A stretch of DNA of 64,000 bases from positions 7,068,001-7,132,000 of the forward strand of contig NC_092353.1 in NCBI RefSeq assembly GCF_963676685.1. Reading direction: 5' to 3'. Origin of the DNA: Mytilus edulis. Taxonomy: Eukaryota. The notes below the pieces were generated by a model. The model saw nothing but the letters and a program-made list of their open reading frames with translations, did not search any database and had not been told where the DNA came from. Both the position numbers and the translations under genes were made by a program. Of the stretch, positions 11,450 through 23,128 are shown piece by piece; within the stretch, counting starts at the first letter, position 1; every line of letters begins with the position of its first letter.

Positions 11450-12600
11450 ATACACTCGCAGTGTCTTAATTCTTATTGCAACAGTTGTTGTTTAATGAAA
11501 TTATGGCATCTTAATTGCAGAAATACATCAAAGTAGATTTTACACAGCAACGTTATAAACAATACAGTGAAACGCATTATGCCTCCAAAGGAAATTGTTA
11601 ACATTGTCTAACTGCTTCACAAGGGGAATATCCAACGTAGATACGAATGTCTTCTTTTATGAAAAGGTATATTTGAAAGCAACCGCATTGGTACAGGCGT
11701 TTGATGACTTGTACTTTTTTCCTGTGGACATTATGAAGACTATGAAAGGGTTTTCTAGGAAAGATTGCAGGGAGATCGAGACCGGCGTTGCTCTTTGGAT
11801 TCATGTTCCGTAATGACGATGGTGTTCATTAATGGTTAGTTCAACGTTTACTTACCATTGTGCTACATGTGCATAAAATTTTGAACTACACTGCAGGATA
11901 TCGTAGATACTACAGTTGAGTCTGCGTCATACTTTCATCACATCTTCAAATTGACAATGATGGTTGGGTTGAGTTCTAAACTTCATACATGACAAAGGAA
12001 TAACAAATGGGTTTTCAATTGTGAATATCCCATATCTATATGTCTATATTGCAACATCGTCCCCGTTTGGAATACGTATCTCACATATGATGCTCGTTCT
12101 CTGTCAGGATTTGCTATGTGGTATAATCAACCAGTCGTGTCAATCAGATGCTGTATGTGGATTTTTAAAAAGTCTTCAGATCTTCTCCAAAATCTTCAAT
12201 CAAAATCTTTACAATTTTTCATTTACAACATATGTATTTGCCCTTTTCTACGCTTTACACTACTATTCAGAATGTCAAATCGACATATCGACTACGTCGT
12301 CTCATTTCACACAAATGGTAAACGTAGCCACAAAGTCTTAGTTTTAGTCCAGAATCTTACTTTGCGAAAAACCACATGTACATTGATTCCAAAAGCAAAA
12401 ACTGAGTACAGCGTAGATGATATTTAAATTGTAGGATTTTTAGATCGACAACGTGTTGAGCGACTTTGAGCAAACAATCGATATTCAAATGGGTGCTTAT
12501 TGTTCACCACCAATGTCATCTTTTTTTTAGAATTCATATGAAGCAGAATTTATACAGATTCTTCTCAAACACAGACAGAAAAAGTGTCTTACAAAGTCAT
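11450..12600 (+). mobile_element. decayed Penelope-like element reverse transcriptase relic
   Basis: Frameshifted motifs MWIFKKSSDLLQNLQSKSL, FSTLYTTI, FHTNGKRSHKVLVL, QTIDIQMGAYCSPPMSSFF*NSYEAEFIQILLK resemble the PLE RT QxxGIPMGTNCAPLLADLFLYSYEAEF region; left boundary approximate. Confidence 0.7.
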
Positions 12601-12631
12601 CATGATGATTTGATTGACCTTTGCGGAGAGT

Positions 12632-12745
12632 CTGTGTCACACATGTTTTGTCTACATTCGACTCATCAATGGCGCTCGGATAAAACAGTTGGAAGACGAA
12701 ACCAAACACGAAATGGAAGAGCATTGAAAAACAAAAACTGCCGAC
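12632..12745 (-). ncRNA. degenerate hammerhead/retrozyme fragment, inverted relative to the adjacent RT relic
   Basis: gcgcca-ttgatga-gtcg aatgt agac-aaaa-catgtg plus upstream tcaatgctctt homology to the 10-kb monomer; core mutated. Confidence 0.55.
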
Positions 12746-13785
12746 ATGTTTGACAAATTTTACACAGGGTGTGTATAACTGGAAAAATCTTAGTGTTTCG
12801 AATTATGAATTGACTTTAACATTAAATTTCCGGAAAATACATGTAGCAATGATATTTTGATTACTGGGCTGGACCACAAACTGTCCAATTATCAGCAACT
12901 TGGCATGGACTCAATGCTTTTGGAAAATCATACCATGGTCATAACTATCTATATACATGTTGTTGATGTGTTACTCTCGGTTTTAGTATACAACCTCGAT
13001 TTAATACTTTTGAACAGCGGTATACTGTTGCTTTTATTTAAGAAAGGGGAGCCTTGTTTCGAATACCTTCACATCATATATATATAAACAGGCAATCTAC
13101 ATGAGCATAACTTGAGAAAAGTGGTGTTGGCTATGACGAACAATTTCAAATTTTAATGAGGATTTTATCTTGACCGTTCATGGATCAAAACAACGTACTG
13201 CATGTAATCCCCCCTTGTTTACCAAAAAATCTGTCGAAACTGTTTATATATATATATATGTGCAAAGGGTAAAGCCGATGAGAAATTCTTTACGATTTTT
13301 TACTTTAACCTGGGAATAGTATACTAAATGTCAATATACAGATTTTCCCTGCTATATCAAGTTAAATCCGCTTCTCATCCGTTACTTATAAAACAGTCAA
13401 TAAAAATTCAAGGACAATATTCTAATATATGAGTAATTGTCAACGATAAAGAAAAAATGTATTTTGCCCTCTGTGCTTCACGAAAAAAGCAATAAAGTTT
13501 CACATGTGTGAAACTTAAAGATAACATCAAAAGCCATGCAATAAAAGTTTTATAGTTCCCTCTAGCGGATAAAGTGCATCATACCTCAACTCTAAACAAA
13601 CAAATGAGTAACCAACAGATTGATGGAAAATAAAATAAAATTATTATATTGAAATTAATATTAATTTTACTATTCACTACAACACTTTCACGTTTGCACT
13701 ATTTATTTATCTTTTGTAATTCCAGAGGGCAGAAGAAGACATGAATTTTTTAAGAGCATTGAATATTATTGTTTTTATCTTTACG

Positions 13786-14750
13786 AAGACAAGACAAGAC
13801 AAATACTTTATTAAAGTATCACCACTTGTTACATATAAAATATACAGCTTTTTAAAACACAAGTTAACAACCAGAGCCACTCTATAAAGAGTTATAAGAG
13901 ATTATAAAACAATTTTTCTTAAATTATAATACAAATACAAGTCAACTATCATGAATATGAAATACATTTTCGCTTTATTAAAATTTCATAGCAGATTTTG
14001 GCAGTATAAAATACCATATTTTCATTTGTAAAAAGAAATATAAATTTTTCATTATCAGACATATAAGTAAAAAACTATCATCAACAATACTAGCATGGTT
14101 AAAAATACCAGTACGAATATCTGAATATACAGGACAGTTTAACAAAACACGTTTTTCATCTTCAACGTCATCAGTACAGTTAACACATAATCTATTTTCA
14201 ATATCAATATTTTCATAACGACCAGTTTCAATTCTGATGGGTGCTACACCACATCTAAATTTTGCTAAAGCACTCCTGTATCTACCTGGTATATTAAAAA
14301 TTAAATAATTTTCTACGCCATATACATTTTTGAACATTCTATATGTATGTAATTTATTTTTGTCATCTGACATAATCTTGTCATACCATTCTTCCTTAAA
14401 TTTTTCAAAACATACATTTTCAATATTCTTATTTAAATCCTTGTTCAAAATAGCACCATTTAAACTTATTTTTTACTCTAAAATGCCAATTGTTTACTTT
14501 TTTACATGTGTTACCCCATATAAACACTTTTTTATTAACTCTATCATCATTCATTTTATTAAAACGTGTCCAGTGTCTAAAAACTCTAGTCCACTGTTTG
14601 ATTTTACATGGCATCCAGCCCATGTCACCATACAAAGACATATTAGCCAATAGGCGTGTATTTTCCTACACCCAGGAAAAAACGCATGGCTATATTTTTA
14701 ATACTATTTATACATGAAAAATCACGTGTTCCCCATATAGAGGCACCATA
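13786..14750 (-). mobile_element. 5'-truncated, frameshifted LINE (CR1/L2-group) ORF2 3' end
   Basis: LYGDMGW, KFRCGVAPIRIETGRY..RLC..C..VEDE motifs; AATAAA plus (TTGTC)n tail. Confidence 0.85.
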
Positions 14751-14942
14751 CAAAACGTGTAAAAAAACATCTTAATGCATTGTTTATAGAGCTCAGATTC
14801 CATACTCAGCTTGTATCCTTTTCTTTGTTACAGGATCGTACAAAAATTGAAAAACTATGAAATTTTGACTTTCGTAATTGTCACGTGCAATTAATCCTTT
14901 ATACACAAATACTTAATAACATAAACGGTAAAAATGTTTTCT

Positions 14943-14985
14943 GCACCATATGCGCATTTCGACAATCAATCTTTTTCAGTGATGC
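14943..14985 (-). ncRNA. degenerate hammerhead motif of a second family (TGCGCA palindromic stem III)
   Basis: gcatca-ctgaaaa-a gattgattgtc-GAAA-tgcgca-TA-tggtgc; stem I pairs, G8 mutated. Confidence 0.5.
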
Positions 14986-17764
14986 TGAATTATAGTTTAC
15001 ACCAATCAGCAGACATCGTAATAAGTCCACACAACAAGGTTTAAGGTCTTAAATGGGGGGTTTATATGGATATCTTACTTTCCATAGACATTTATTTTGG
15101 TTTTTTTCCCTTCACCTCACATATATCTAGGTATTGAATAAGTCATAGGCAGTGACAGGATGCACCATCATCTGAACATGTGCCAAGTATATGACAGTTA
15201 TTATTCAGCCATTCCATCAGTTGATGTAGTCGTTCGCGAGCGTTTGGTTTGGTTAGTTTTGATGACCCTCGTTTTGAATTTACCTTGGAGTTCGGAATGG
15301 TTATTTTACATTTTTCTTCCAATACGCAGCGGGAGGAACTTGTCCACTTTTAACAAGACTTACCAAACATCAGCGCCTAAAAGAAATGTTCAGATTCGTT
15401 AGATATCACTATTTGATGTCCTGGGTGAAAACATTTAACAGTTATTTAATGATCTACAATGCACAAAATTAGACATCCTTCTTCATCCTTTTAGTTTTCC
15501 ATGTTGTGTTTTGTGTTTTGTGTTATGTTATTTGTCTTTTTTTCTCTTATTTTTGCATTACAGTGTATGTTTGATTTTGACTTGTGATTTGAACATCTTT
15601 TTAATATATATATACCGTCTTTGACAATATTGATATAAGGTTCAAATTTGGTTCAACAAATTTTGATATCATTCATGATTGTTCAATTTCATATTCCTTT
15701 TCCAATTTTAAGAAATGATTCATAAGTGGTTGAAAATGAATCGAAAATACTGACCGTATTATACCTTTTATTCCTCAAATTTTAATTGTTTGAAAATATC
15801 TATTTTAATTAGTTTGTTGGCATAAGTTGAATATTTAATTTTAATGTTGGCATAGCCAGAAGACACGATATCGATAGAAATCATAGATATACGATAACTA
15901 TATCGTGACTTGGAACAAACTGTGCAACGTTATAGGGCTCATTTAACTCTTTGTCTTTTTTCCTATTTAACTACTTTATTAATTTTGTAATTACATAATG
16001 TGAACACAGTTGGATTGAACCGAACTTATTGTAGAACTTACGAACTGCAGGTAAATAGTAATAAAATTTATATAAATCCTTGCTTTCATTTTAAGTGTAT
16101 TTTAATTCTGATATAAAAAGAAGAAAAAAAAACGTTTTATCAATTTCGTACGACCGAAGCGCCTTCTGGGTTTATTCTCACCAGAAACTCAAACTCAAAA
16201 TCTTTTGAAAGCAGTTAAAGTATGCATACGTAGTCTAAACATTCTACTAGAACTTCAAACTATGCCCGAGCGAGGTTTAGATATCTGTAATTGGTCAAAA
16301 GGATTTTTAAGGAAGTTTCTATTTTTTTGCTTTATATTCTAATCTTTAAGAAGAACATGATGGTAAAATACTTTATTAAACACCTATATCAGTGCTTCGC
16401 ATCTATGGTAATTGCAAGGCATTTCATGTGCGTCAAAATATTTCTACCACTAACTCCAAAAACCATATGTCATTTGCACAAAAGTTTTAACATTTCATTT
16501 GCGCCAAATTTCTTAATTTAATTTGCGCAAATAATACAGGTATGAATTATAAACATTGTATACAAAATACACTATTAATAGTAACTTCATGACATAGTTT
16601 GTGTTTGCATATTTAATTATAAACTGTACATCATATACATTAGATCTCTTTTTCGAAAAAAATACCCATGTCAATCTTTGATGGTTTTAAAGGAAAATAT
16701 CGATTATTAATCAATTGATGTACGGCGGCGGGCAATAACTTGAAAACCCTTTGACAAAACCTTTTCAAATCTGAGCTCATGGCAAAAGAAATAGAAGCAG
16801 GAAGCAAACGTCTCCAGAAAAAAACTTAGAAACTAAATAAAAAGTTGGAAACAAAATATATAAAAATGGAAAAAGTACAATAACTACGCATTCACATGAC
16901 CACCGCAGGACACATACTTTAAAATATTCCACAGATAAAAAAATATATGACCAAAGGTCTAACAACTTTTTTTCGATTTGCATAATTTGTATTATTTTGA
17001 AAATACAGTTTTATTCAAATGATGGTAATCACGAGGTTGCATCACCACAACAAGATTAACAATCTTCGAATTCCAAGGTCAAACATATTAAACTTGTGTC
17101 CGCATATTACATGTAGTGGTAGATGTACTTACAAAAATAATATACGTTTTGAATATGATACTCATGGGACGCAATTCTTGGATTACTAATTCGACCTTTA
17201 ACTTTAAACTGGTAAACAAATGATACAAAAGTTCAAAAGTATTACGCATTCCCATGACCACCGCAGGACACAATTAAGATATTCCATCGATAAAACATTT
17301 ATGGTCAAAGGTCTATCAGTTACTATTGTTTGATATGCATATATAATTTTAACGTTTTATTTAAATAATGATAAACAAGAAATAAATCATAGACAGCTTA
17401 GCCAAAGGTGTTAATCAAGATCTATAAAATCTCTATATAAACAAACGGAAAGAGTTACTACGTATACAATAAAAAGAAGTTACTGAGAGGTAAGTCCAAT
17501 TCTTATAAAACAACACTACATTTGTTATCCGTTAAAATGTGCTTCAGCAGATGTGGGTTGTTTAGGGCAAGGAACAACTTATTATATTATTGTTTTAAAG
17601 ATAACTAAACCATATATGGATGACACGAACAAACAGATTTCAAGTTTTTAATGAACTTACTGCAGAAATTTGGATTGGTATTTTACAAAAAAATTCTCAA
17701 CTATCAGTCAATTTGACGTGTTCTGCTCTTTGGTCGGGTTGTTGTCTCTTCGACACATTCCTTG

Positions 17765-19337
17765 TTTTCCATTCTCTATAGTATGGTCTTACAAGATTTA
17801 TCTGTATGTTTATATCGATATAGAAGATTTATCTGTATGTCTATATCGATATAGTTTTCCATTCTCTATAGTATGGTCTTACAAGATTTATCTGTATGTT
17901 TATATCGATATAGTTTTCCATTCTCTATAGTATGGTCTTACAAGATTTATCTGTATGTTTATATCGATATAGTTTTCCATTCTCTATAGTATTGTCTTAC
18001 AAGATTTATCTGTATGTCTATATCGATATAGTTTTCCATTCTCTATAGTATGGTCTTACAAGATTTATCTGTATGTTTATATCGATATAGTTTTCCATTC
18101 TCTATAGTATGGTCTTACAAGATTTATCTGTATGTTTATATCGATATAGTTTTCCATTCTCTATAGTATGGTCTTACAAGATTTATCTGTATGTTTATAT
18201 CGATATAGTTTTCCATTCTCTATAGTATGGTCTTACAAGATTTATCTGTATGTTTATATCGATATAGTTTTCCATTCTCTATAGTATGGTCCTACAAGAT
18301 TTATCTGTATGTTTGTATCGATATAGTTTTCCATTCTCTATAGTATGGTCTTACAAGATTTATCTGTATGTTTATATCGATATAGTTTTCCATTCTCTAT
18401 AGTATGGTCTTACAAGATTTATCTGTATGTTTGTATCGATATAGTTTTCCATTCTCTATAGTATGGTCTTACAAGATTTATCTGTATGTTTATATCGATA
18501 TAGTTTTCCATTCTCTATAGTATGGTCTTACAAGATTTATCTGTATGTCTATATCGATATAGTTTTCCATTCTCTATAGTATGGTCTTACAAGATTTATC
18601 TGTATGTTTATATCGATATAGTTTTCCATTCTCTATAGTATGGTCTTACAAGATTTATCTGTATGTTTATATCGATATAGTTTTCCATTCTCTATAGTAT
18701 GGTCCTACAAGATTTATCTGTATGTTTGTATCGATATAGTTTTCCATTCTCTATAGTATGGTCTTACAAGATTTATCTGTATGTTTATATCGATATAGTT
18801 TTCTATTCTCTATAGTATGGTCTTACAAGATTTATCTGTATGTTTGTATCGATATAGTTTTCCATTCTCTATAGTATTGTCTTACAAGATTTATCTGTAT
18901 GTTTGTATCGATATAGTTTTCCATTCTCTATAGTATGGTCTTACAAGATTTATCTGTATGTTTATATCGATATAGTTTTCCATTCTCTATAGTATTGTCT
19001 TACAAGATTTATCTGTATGTCTATATCGATATAGTTTTCCATTCTCTATAGTATGGTCTTACAAGATTTATCTGTATGTTTATATCGATATAGTTTTCCA
19101 TTCTCTATAGTATGGTCTTACAAGATTTATCTGTATGTTTATATCGATATAGTTTTCCATTCTCTATAGTATGGTCTTACAAGATTTATCTGTATGTTTA
19201 TATCGATATAGTTTTCCATTCTCTATAGTATGGTCTTACAAGATTTATCTGTATGTTTATATCGATATAGTTTTCCATTCTCTATAGTATGGTCTTACAA
19301 GATTTATCTGTATGTTTATATCGATATAGTTTTCCAG
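17765..19337. repeat. 59-bp satellite, ~26 near-identical copies
   Basis: Unit ttttccattctctatagtatggtcttacaagatttatctgtatgtttatatcgatatag; no spacers. Confidence 0.97.
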
Positions 19338-19634
19338 TCCTTCAGAAGTATTATCTCTATTCATACTAATGAAATCAAACTAACATTCTGGGTGCTGTGA
19401 TGGTTGTGCTCGGGATCGCCCTGAACGTGTGGATTTTTGTTATTGCAATGAACACCTCAGTATGAATTTCAGACGAAGAACAGCAATATTTTATTTTTTT
19501 TTAATTTTTATTTATATTTTTCTTTTCGCCACCTTATATATATTTACTGAATTGCAAACCAAAACATAAGTTTATAAAAAAAAAATTTAATTTTTTTTTT
19601 AGATTCAAGTAGCACAAAAGAATAACTGACAAAA

Positions 19635-19770
19635 ATGAAGGTATTTGTGTTTGTTTTATTAGCCATTTTATTGGTAACAGTTGAAAGTCGACGACGAGGC
19701 GGAAAGGGAAAAGGAAAGGGAAAGAAACCCGGACATGGAAGGATGCCGAGTCTACCATTTATGTGTGAAG
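19635..19770 (+). CDS. secreted SUEL-lectin-like protein, coding exon 1 (signal peptide + RRRGGKGKGKGKK cationic segment)
   Basis: MKVFVFVLLAILLVTVES signal-like; acceptor at 19601-19602, GTAAGT donor at 19771, phase 1 fits the next exon. Confidence 0.75.
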
Positions 19771-21330
19771 GTAAGTTGTTACAATATAGTTTTAACCGTT
19801 TCCTATTATGAATGAACTACATTTAAAAAGTGGGAACATATCTTTAGATCTGTCAGGGTTGTGACTTATTATCAACTAAAAGTGTGTTGAAATCTACATT
19901 TTTTTTCGAATTTAGTCTTGCAATTTCCTTGGCTAACAGTATAGATAGAAATAGTAATACTTTTCATTCACGTTTCCACTCTCATTTTTGAGTTTTTTTT
20001 AGCAAAATAATATAGCAAGTTATAAATAGGGTAGTTTTGTTTATAAAAAAATTAATATAAAATTGAGAATGGAAATGGGGAATGTGTCAAAGAGACAACA
20101 ACCCGACCAAATAAAAAAAAACAACAGCAGACTGAGGGTCACCAACAGGTCTTCAATGTAGCGAGAAATTCCCGCACCCGGAGGCGTCATATATATTGTA
20201 TTCTTAATTTAAAGGGCTTAAAGCAGAGCTCACGTTAATCATACATAGAGAAAAAGGGATAACCACCACTATATTCCAGACTATATTCATACTTTAAACG
20301 TTCTTGTTCATTATTCATAATTTAAATAAAATTTGGCAAAACATATTAAAATCACAAAACTATGTGTAAGACGGGGAAAACATGTTAAATGCACCATAAA
20401 TATGTAAGAAGGGGAAAACATTTATAAAGAGAAATAACTCTAATTTATACTATTTTGTAAATGTATACACTACATGAGCTCTAACAATGACCATCAATAG
20501 TCAGGTAACATTGTGTGAGGCATTAAATTATACATTGATTACAATACATGTATATCCCCTAATTTGAAGTGGCTGACAACAATCGTTAGGCATTCCACTA
20601 TCCACTATTCTACTATTTTATTCTGTATAGGATACAACAGCTATGACTGATCTGACTGTATGTGTTATCCATGACAATGTTAACGTAATGCATTGAAAAA
20701 CATACGAAAAGCTTGATATCACTTTTTTTTTTTATCTTGGAAGAACAAAAATGTATCGAATGCTTCTTTTATTCGAACTTTATTGGGTTTTAGAAGCGTT
20801 AATCGTGCGTACATTTTGAAAAGGAAGCGCTTCCACCTTACATATACTGTGCGTCAGTCAACGCTTTTACATCCAAATAAAATTATAAATTGAATCTTGT
20901 AGATGGGAAAACATACCCAGAGAAAATCGAACATGTAACTTGTGTAATAGAAATGAAATAGGAGATGAATTTCACTATATTTTAGAATGTACATATTTTT
21001 CAGAAGAAAGGAAAGAATGTCTAGATGAAAAATTCTGTACCAACATTAATACTCTAAAGTTTAAAGCAGTTATGAATTTTTCTTAACAATCAAAACTTAA
21101 AAAGCTGTGTAAACTCATTAGAATCATAAGTAGAAAAAAATGGATTCTCTCTGATAAAATGTAAGCCTTCAACTCTATGCATTCTTTTCTTCTCTGTTTG
21201 CTGTTACCTCACCATATGTCTTATAATATTATTATGTATACATATGTCTATGTATTTCTGTATACCATTGTATCAACATAGGTTCTTCAGAATAAAAAAA
21301 ATAAATAATAAAAAATATATATAATAGTAT

Positions 21331-21941
21331 CAGGGGCGGATCCAGGAATTATTAGGGGGTGGTCACCTTTTGAAATCTTAAATTAAAATTCAATTTTTTT
21401 ATTGGTATCATGAAAATAGTTACAACTATAGAAGACAAAAGTTACACATTATTTATAAAATTGATTCCAATTTCATTTTTTCTTGGATGCCTGCGTACAA
21501 ACATGTCAACTATAACATCAAGTTCTAACTCTAAATTGTAATGCACGTGCATCGGTGCAAGTCCATTTAGTCGGTCCTGGCCCATTGTAGCACGTAAAAA
21601 TGTTTTCAGTAACCCGAGCTCACTATTCGAACGCTCACATTCAGAACTTGTTACACTCATTGTGCAAACAATTTTGAGAACAACACGCTCATGTTATACT
21701 CGAGAACATTAAACCGTTTCTTGATTTTTATCACTCTGACTTGCCTAGTCCATTTGGAATTTCTTCGGAAGTAGATAGGTGGTTGCATTTCTGGAAACAT
21801 ACCACAGATACATTGCCAAAGTCAGCTGCTGAAACCATTAAAAAATGCATCAAACTTGATTATCCCAATATATATGCAATTCTCAAAATTGTTTGTACAA
21901 TGAGTGTAACAAGTTGTGAATGTGAGCGTTCGAACATTTAA
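21331..21941. mobile_element. hAT-superfamily transposon relic (C-terminal dimerisation domain), internally inverted
   Basis: caggggcggatccagg terminus; YPNI..ILKI..T.SVTS.ECERS...LKT.LR.TMGQDRLNGLA.MHVH hATC motif split across both strands. Confidence 0.8.
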
Positions 21942-22058
21942 TGTTTATACTTATATTACTCAGGACATAATATACGGGCATTTCTATTAAGAGATGGAGA
22001 GTTAATTTAGCGTTAGAACTTATACCTAAATGACATTGTATATATAAATCTGTTGCAG

Positions 22059-22334
22059 CACCTGTTACTCTCTGTCAAGGAGCAGAGATGACTCTCAAGT
22101 GTGATGATGATGAAACAATTATGGTTGCCGAGGCTACGTATGGCGATATAACTTGTGTTGGCGATATCCGTGCAAGCCCGTCTACATGTACAGATACAGG
22201 TGCCACTGCCAATGTTCAGACATTGTGTGATGGCAAAATATCTTGTACATTCACAGCCAATGATGCCACTTTCACAACCTCTACATGTGCTGCTGATAAG
22301 GCGGAAAACTTGATGGTCAGATATAAATGCAAAG
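22059..22334 (+). CDS. secreted SUEL/Gal_lectin-like protein, exon 2 (8-Cys domain)
   Basis: C..LxC...I.V.EATYG..C...C...VxxLCDGxxSCxFxA...F...C...LxVRYxC spacing is the SUEL fold; AG/GT, phase 1-1. Confidence 0.85.
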
Positions 22335-22895
22335 GTATATTATAATTTTTTTCTAGATATTTCACGCTTTTCTTTTATATCGTGAATCTAGACAGTCGGT
22401 ATGAAACAATGGTGACATGGTTAAAGATAATGGATGTACTTTGCTTTGACAACTGACACATCGTATTTCTCATTTGTCACCAGAAAGGTAATCAGATCCT
22501 GTACTACACGTGGCACCCGTCGTGTTGTTCAAGTTAGTACAAACTCGGTAATACGTAATTGTTATGATGTTTATTACGAAACAATTTGTAATTCATTGAC
22601 GTTATTAACCAATAAGACAATTTCAGGAATGTTCAAAGTCGACATTAAGGACGTAAAGGAATTGAGAAATGTCCAGTATTTTGTGACATGGCTGAATGAT
22701 CGACAAATTAGTTATGATGGTGGATTCAAAAAAAATATATATGCATTGATGATAGATGTATTTGGAAAACGATGAACCCAACCGTCACAGCCATGACATC
22801 AAGGTCTAGAAAAAAACCCAACACCAATATATATAAATATAAAACTGCGTGCATTGTAGATATCATACATTACATGAAATTTCCTTTTTTCTTAG

Positions 22896-23128
22896 ATAAC
22901 AGAGCTTTTGCACTTTATGGAGAAACTACAGACATAAGTTGTCCAACTGGTACCCAGATTGAGATTACAAAACCTCTGTGTAGCGCTCCACCATGTACTC
23001 CTGATATACCGACTGACTGTAATGGGAAAACAGAATGTACTGTTGATGGACCGACGATGGCATTTGTTGATGGGACTTGCATGGAACCGCGAGTTAAAGT
23101 CGAGTGGAAATGTAACACGGCTAAATAA
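22896..23128 (+). CDS. secreted SUEL-like protein, terminal exon (shortened second domain)
   Basis: ISCPTGTQIEI..CNGKTEC..C..VKVEWKC; in frame after the acceptor, TAA, downstream AATAAA. Confidence 0.8.

Noticed and set aside
17765-19337. CRISPR-like regular array
   Set aside because: Units are contiguous with no unique spacers, no cas genes, eukaryotic context; it is a satellite
19400-19466. Hydrophobic mini-ORF MVVLGIALNVWIFVIAMNTS with a possible GT donor as an alternative signal exon
   Set aside because: Phase 0 is incompatible with the lectin exon at 22059, and splicing to 19603 hits a TGA; a better signal peptide starts at 19635
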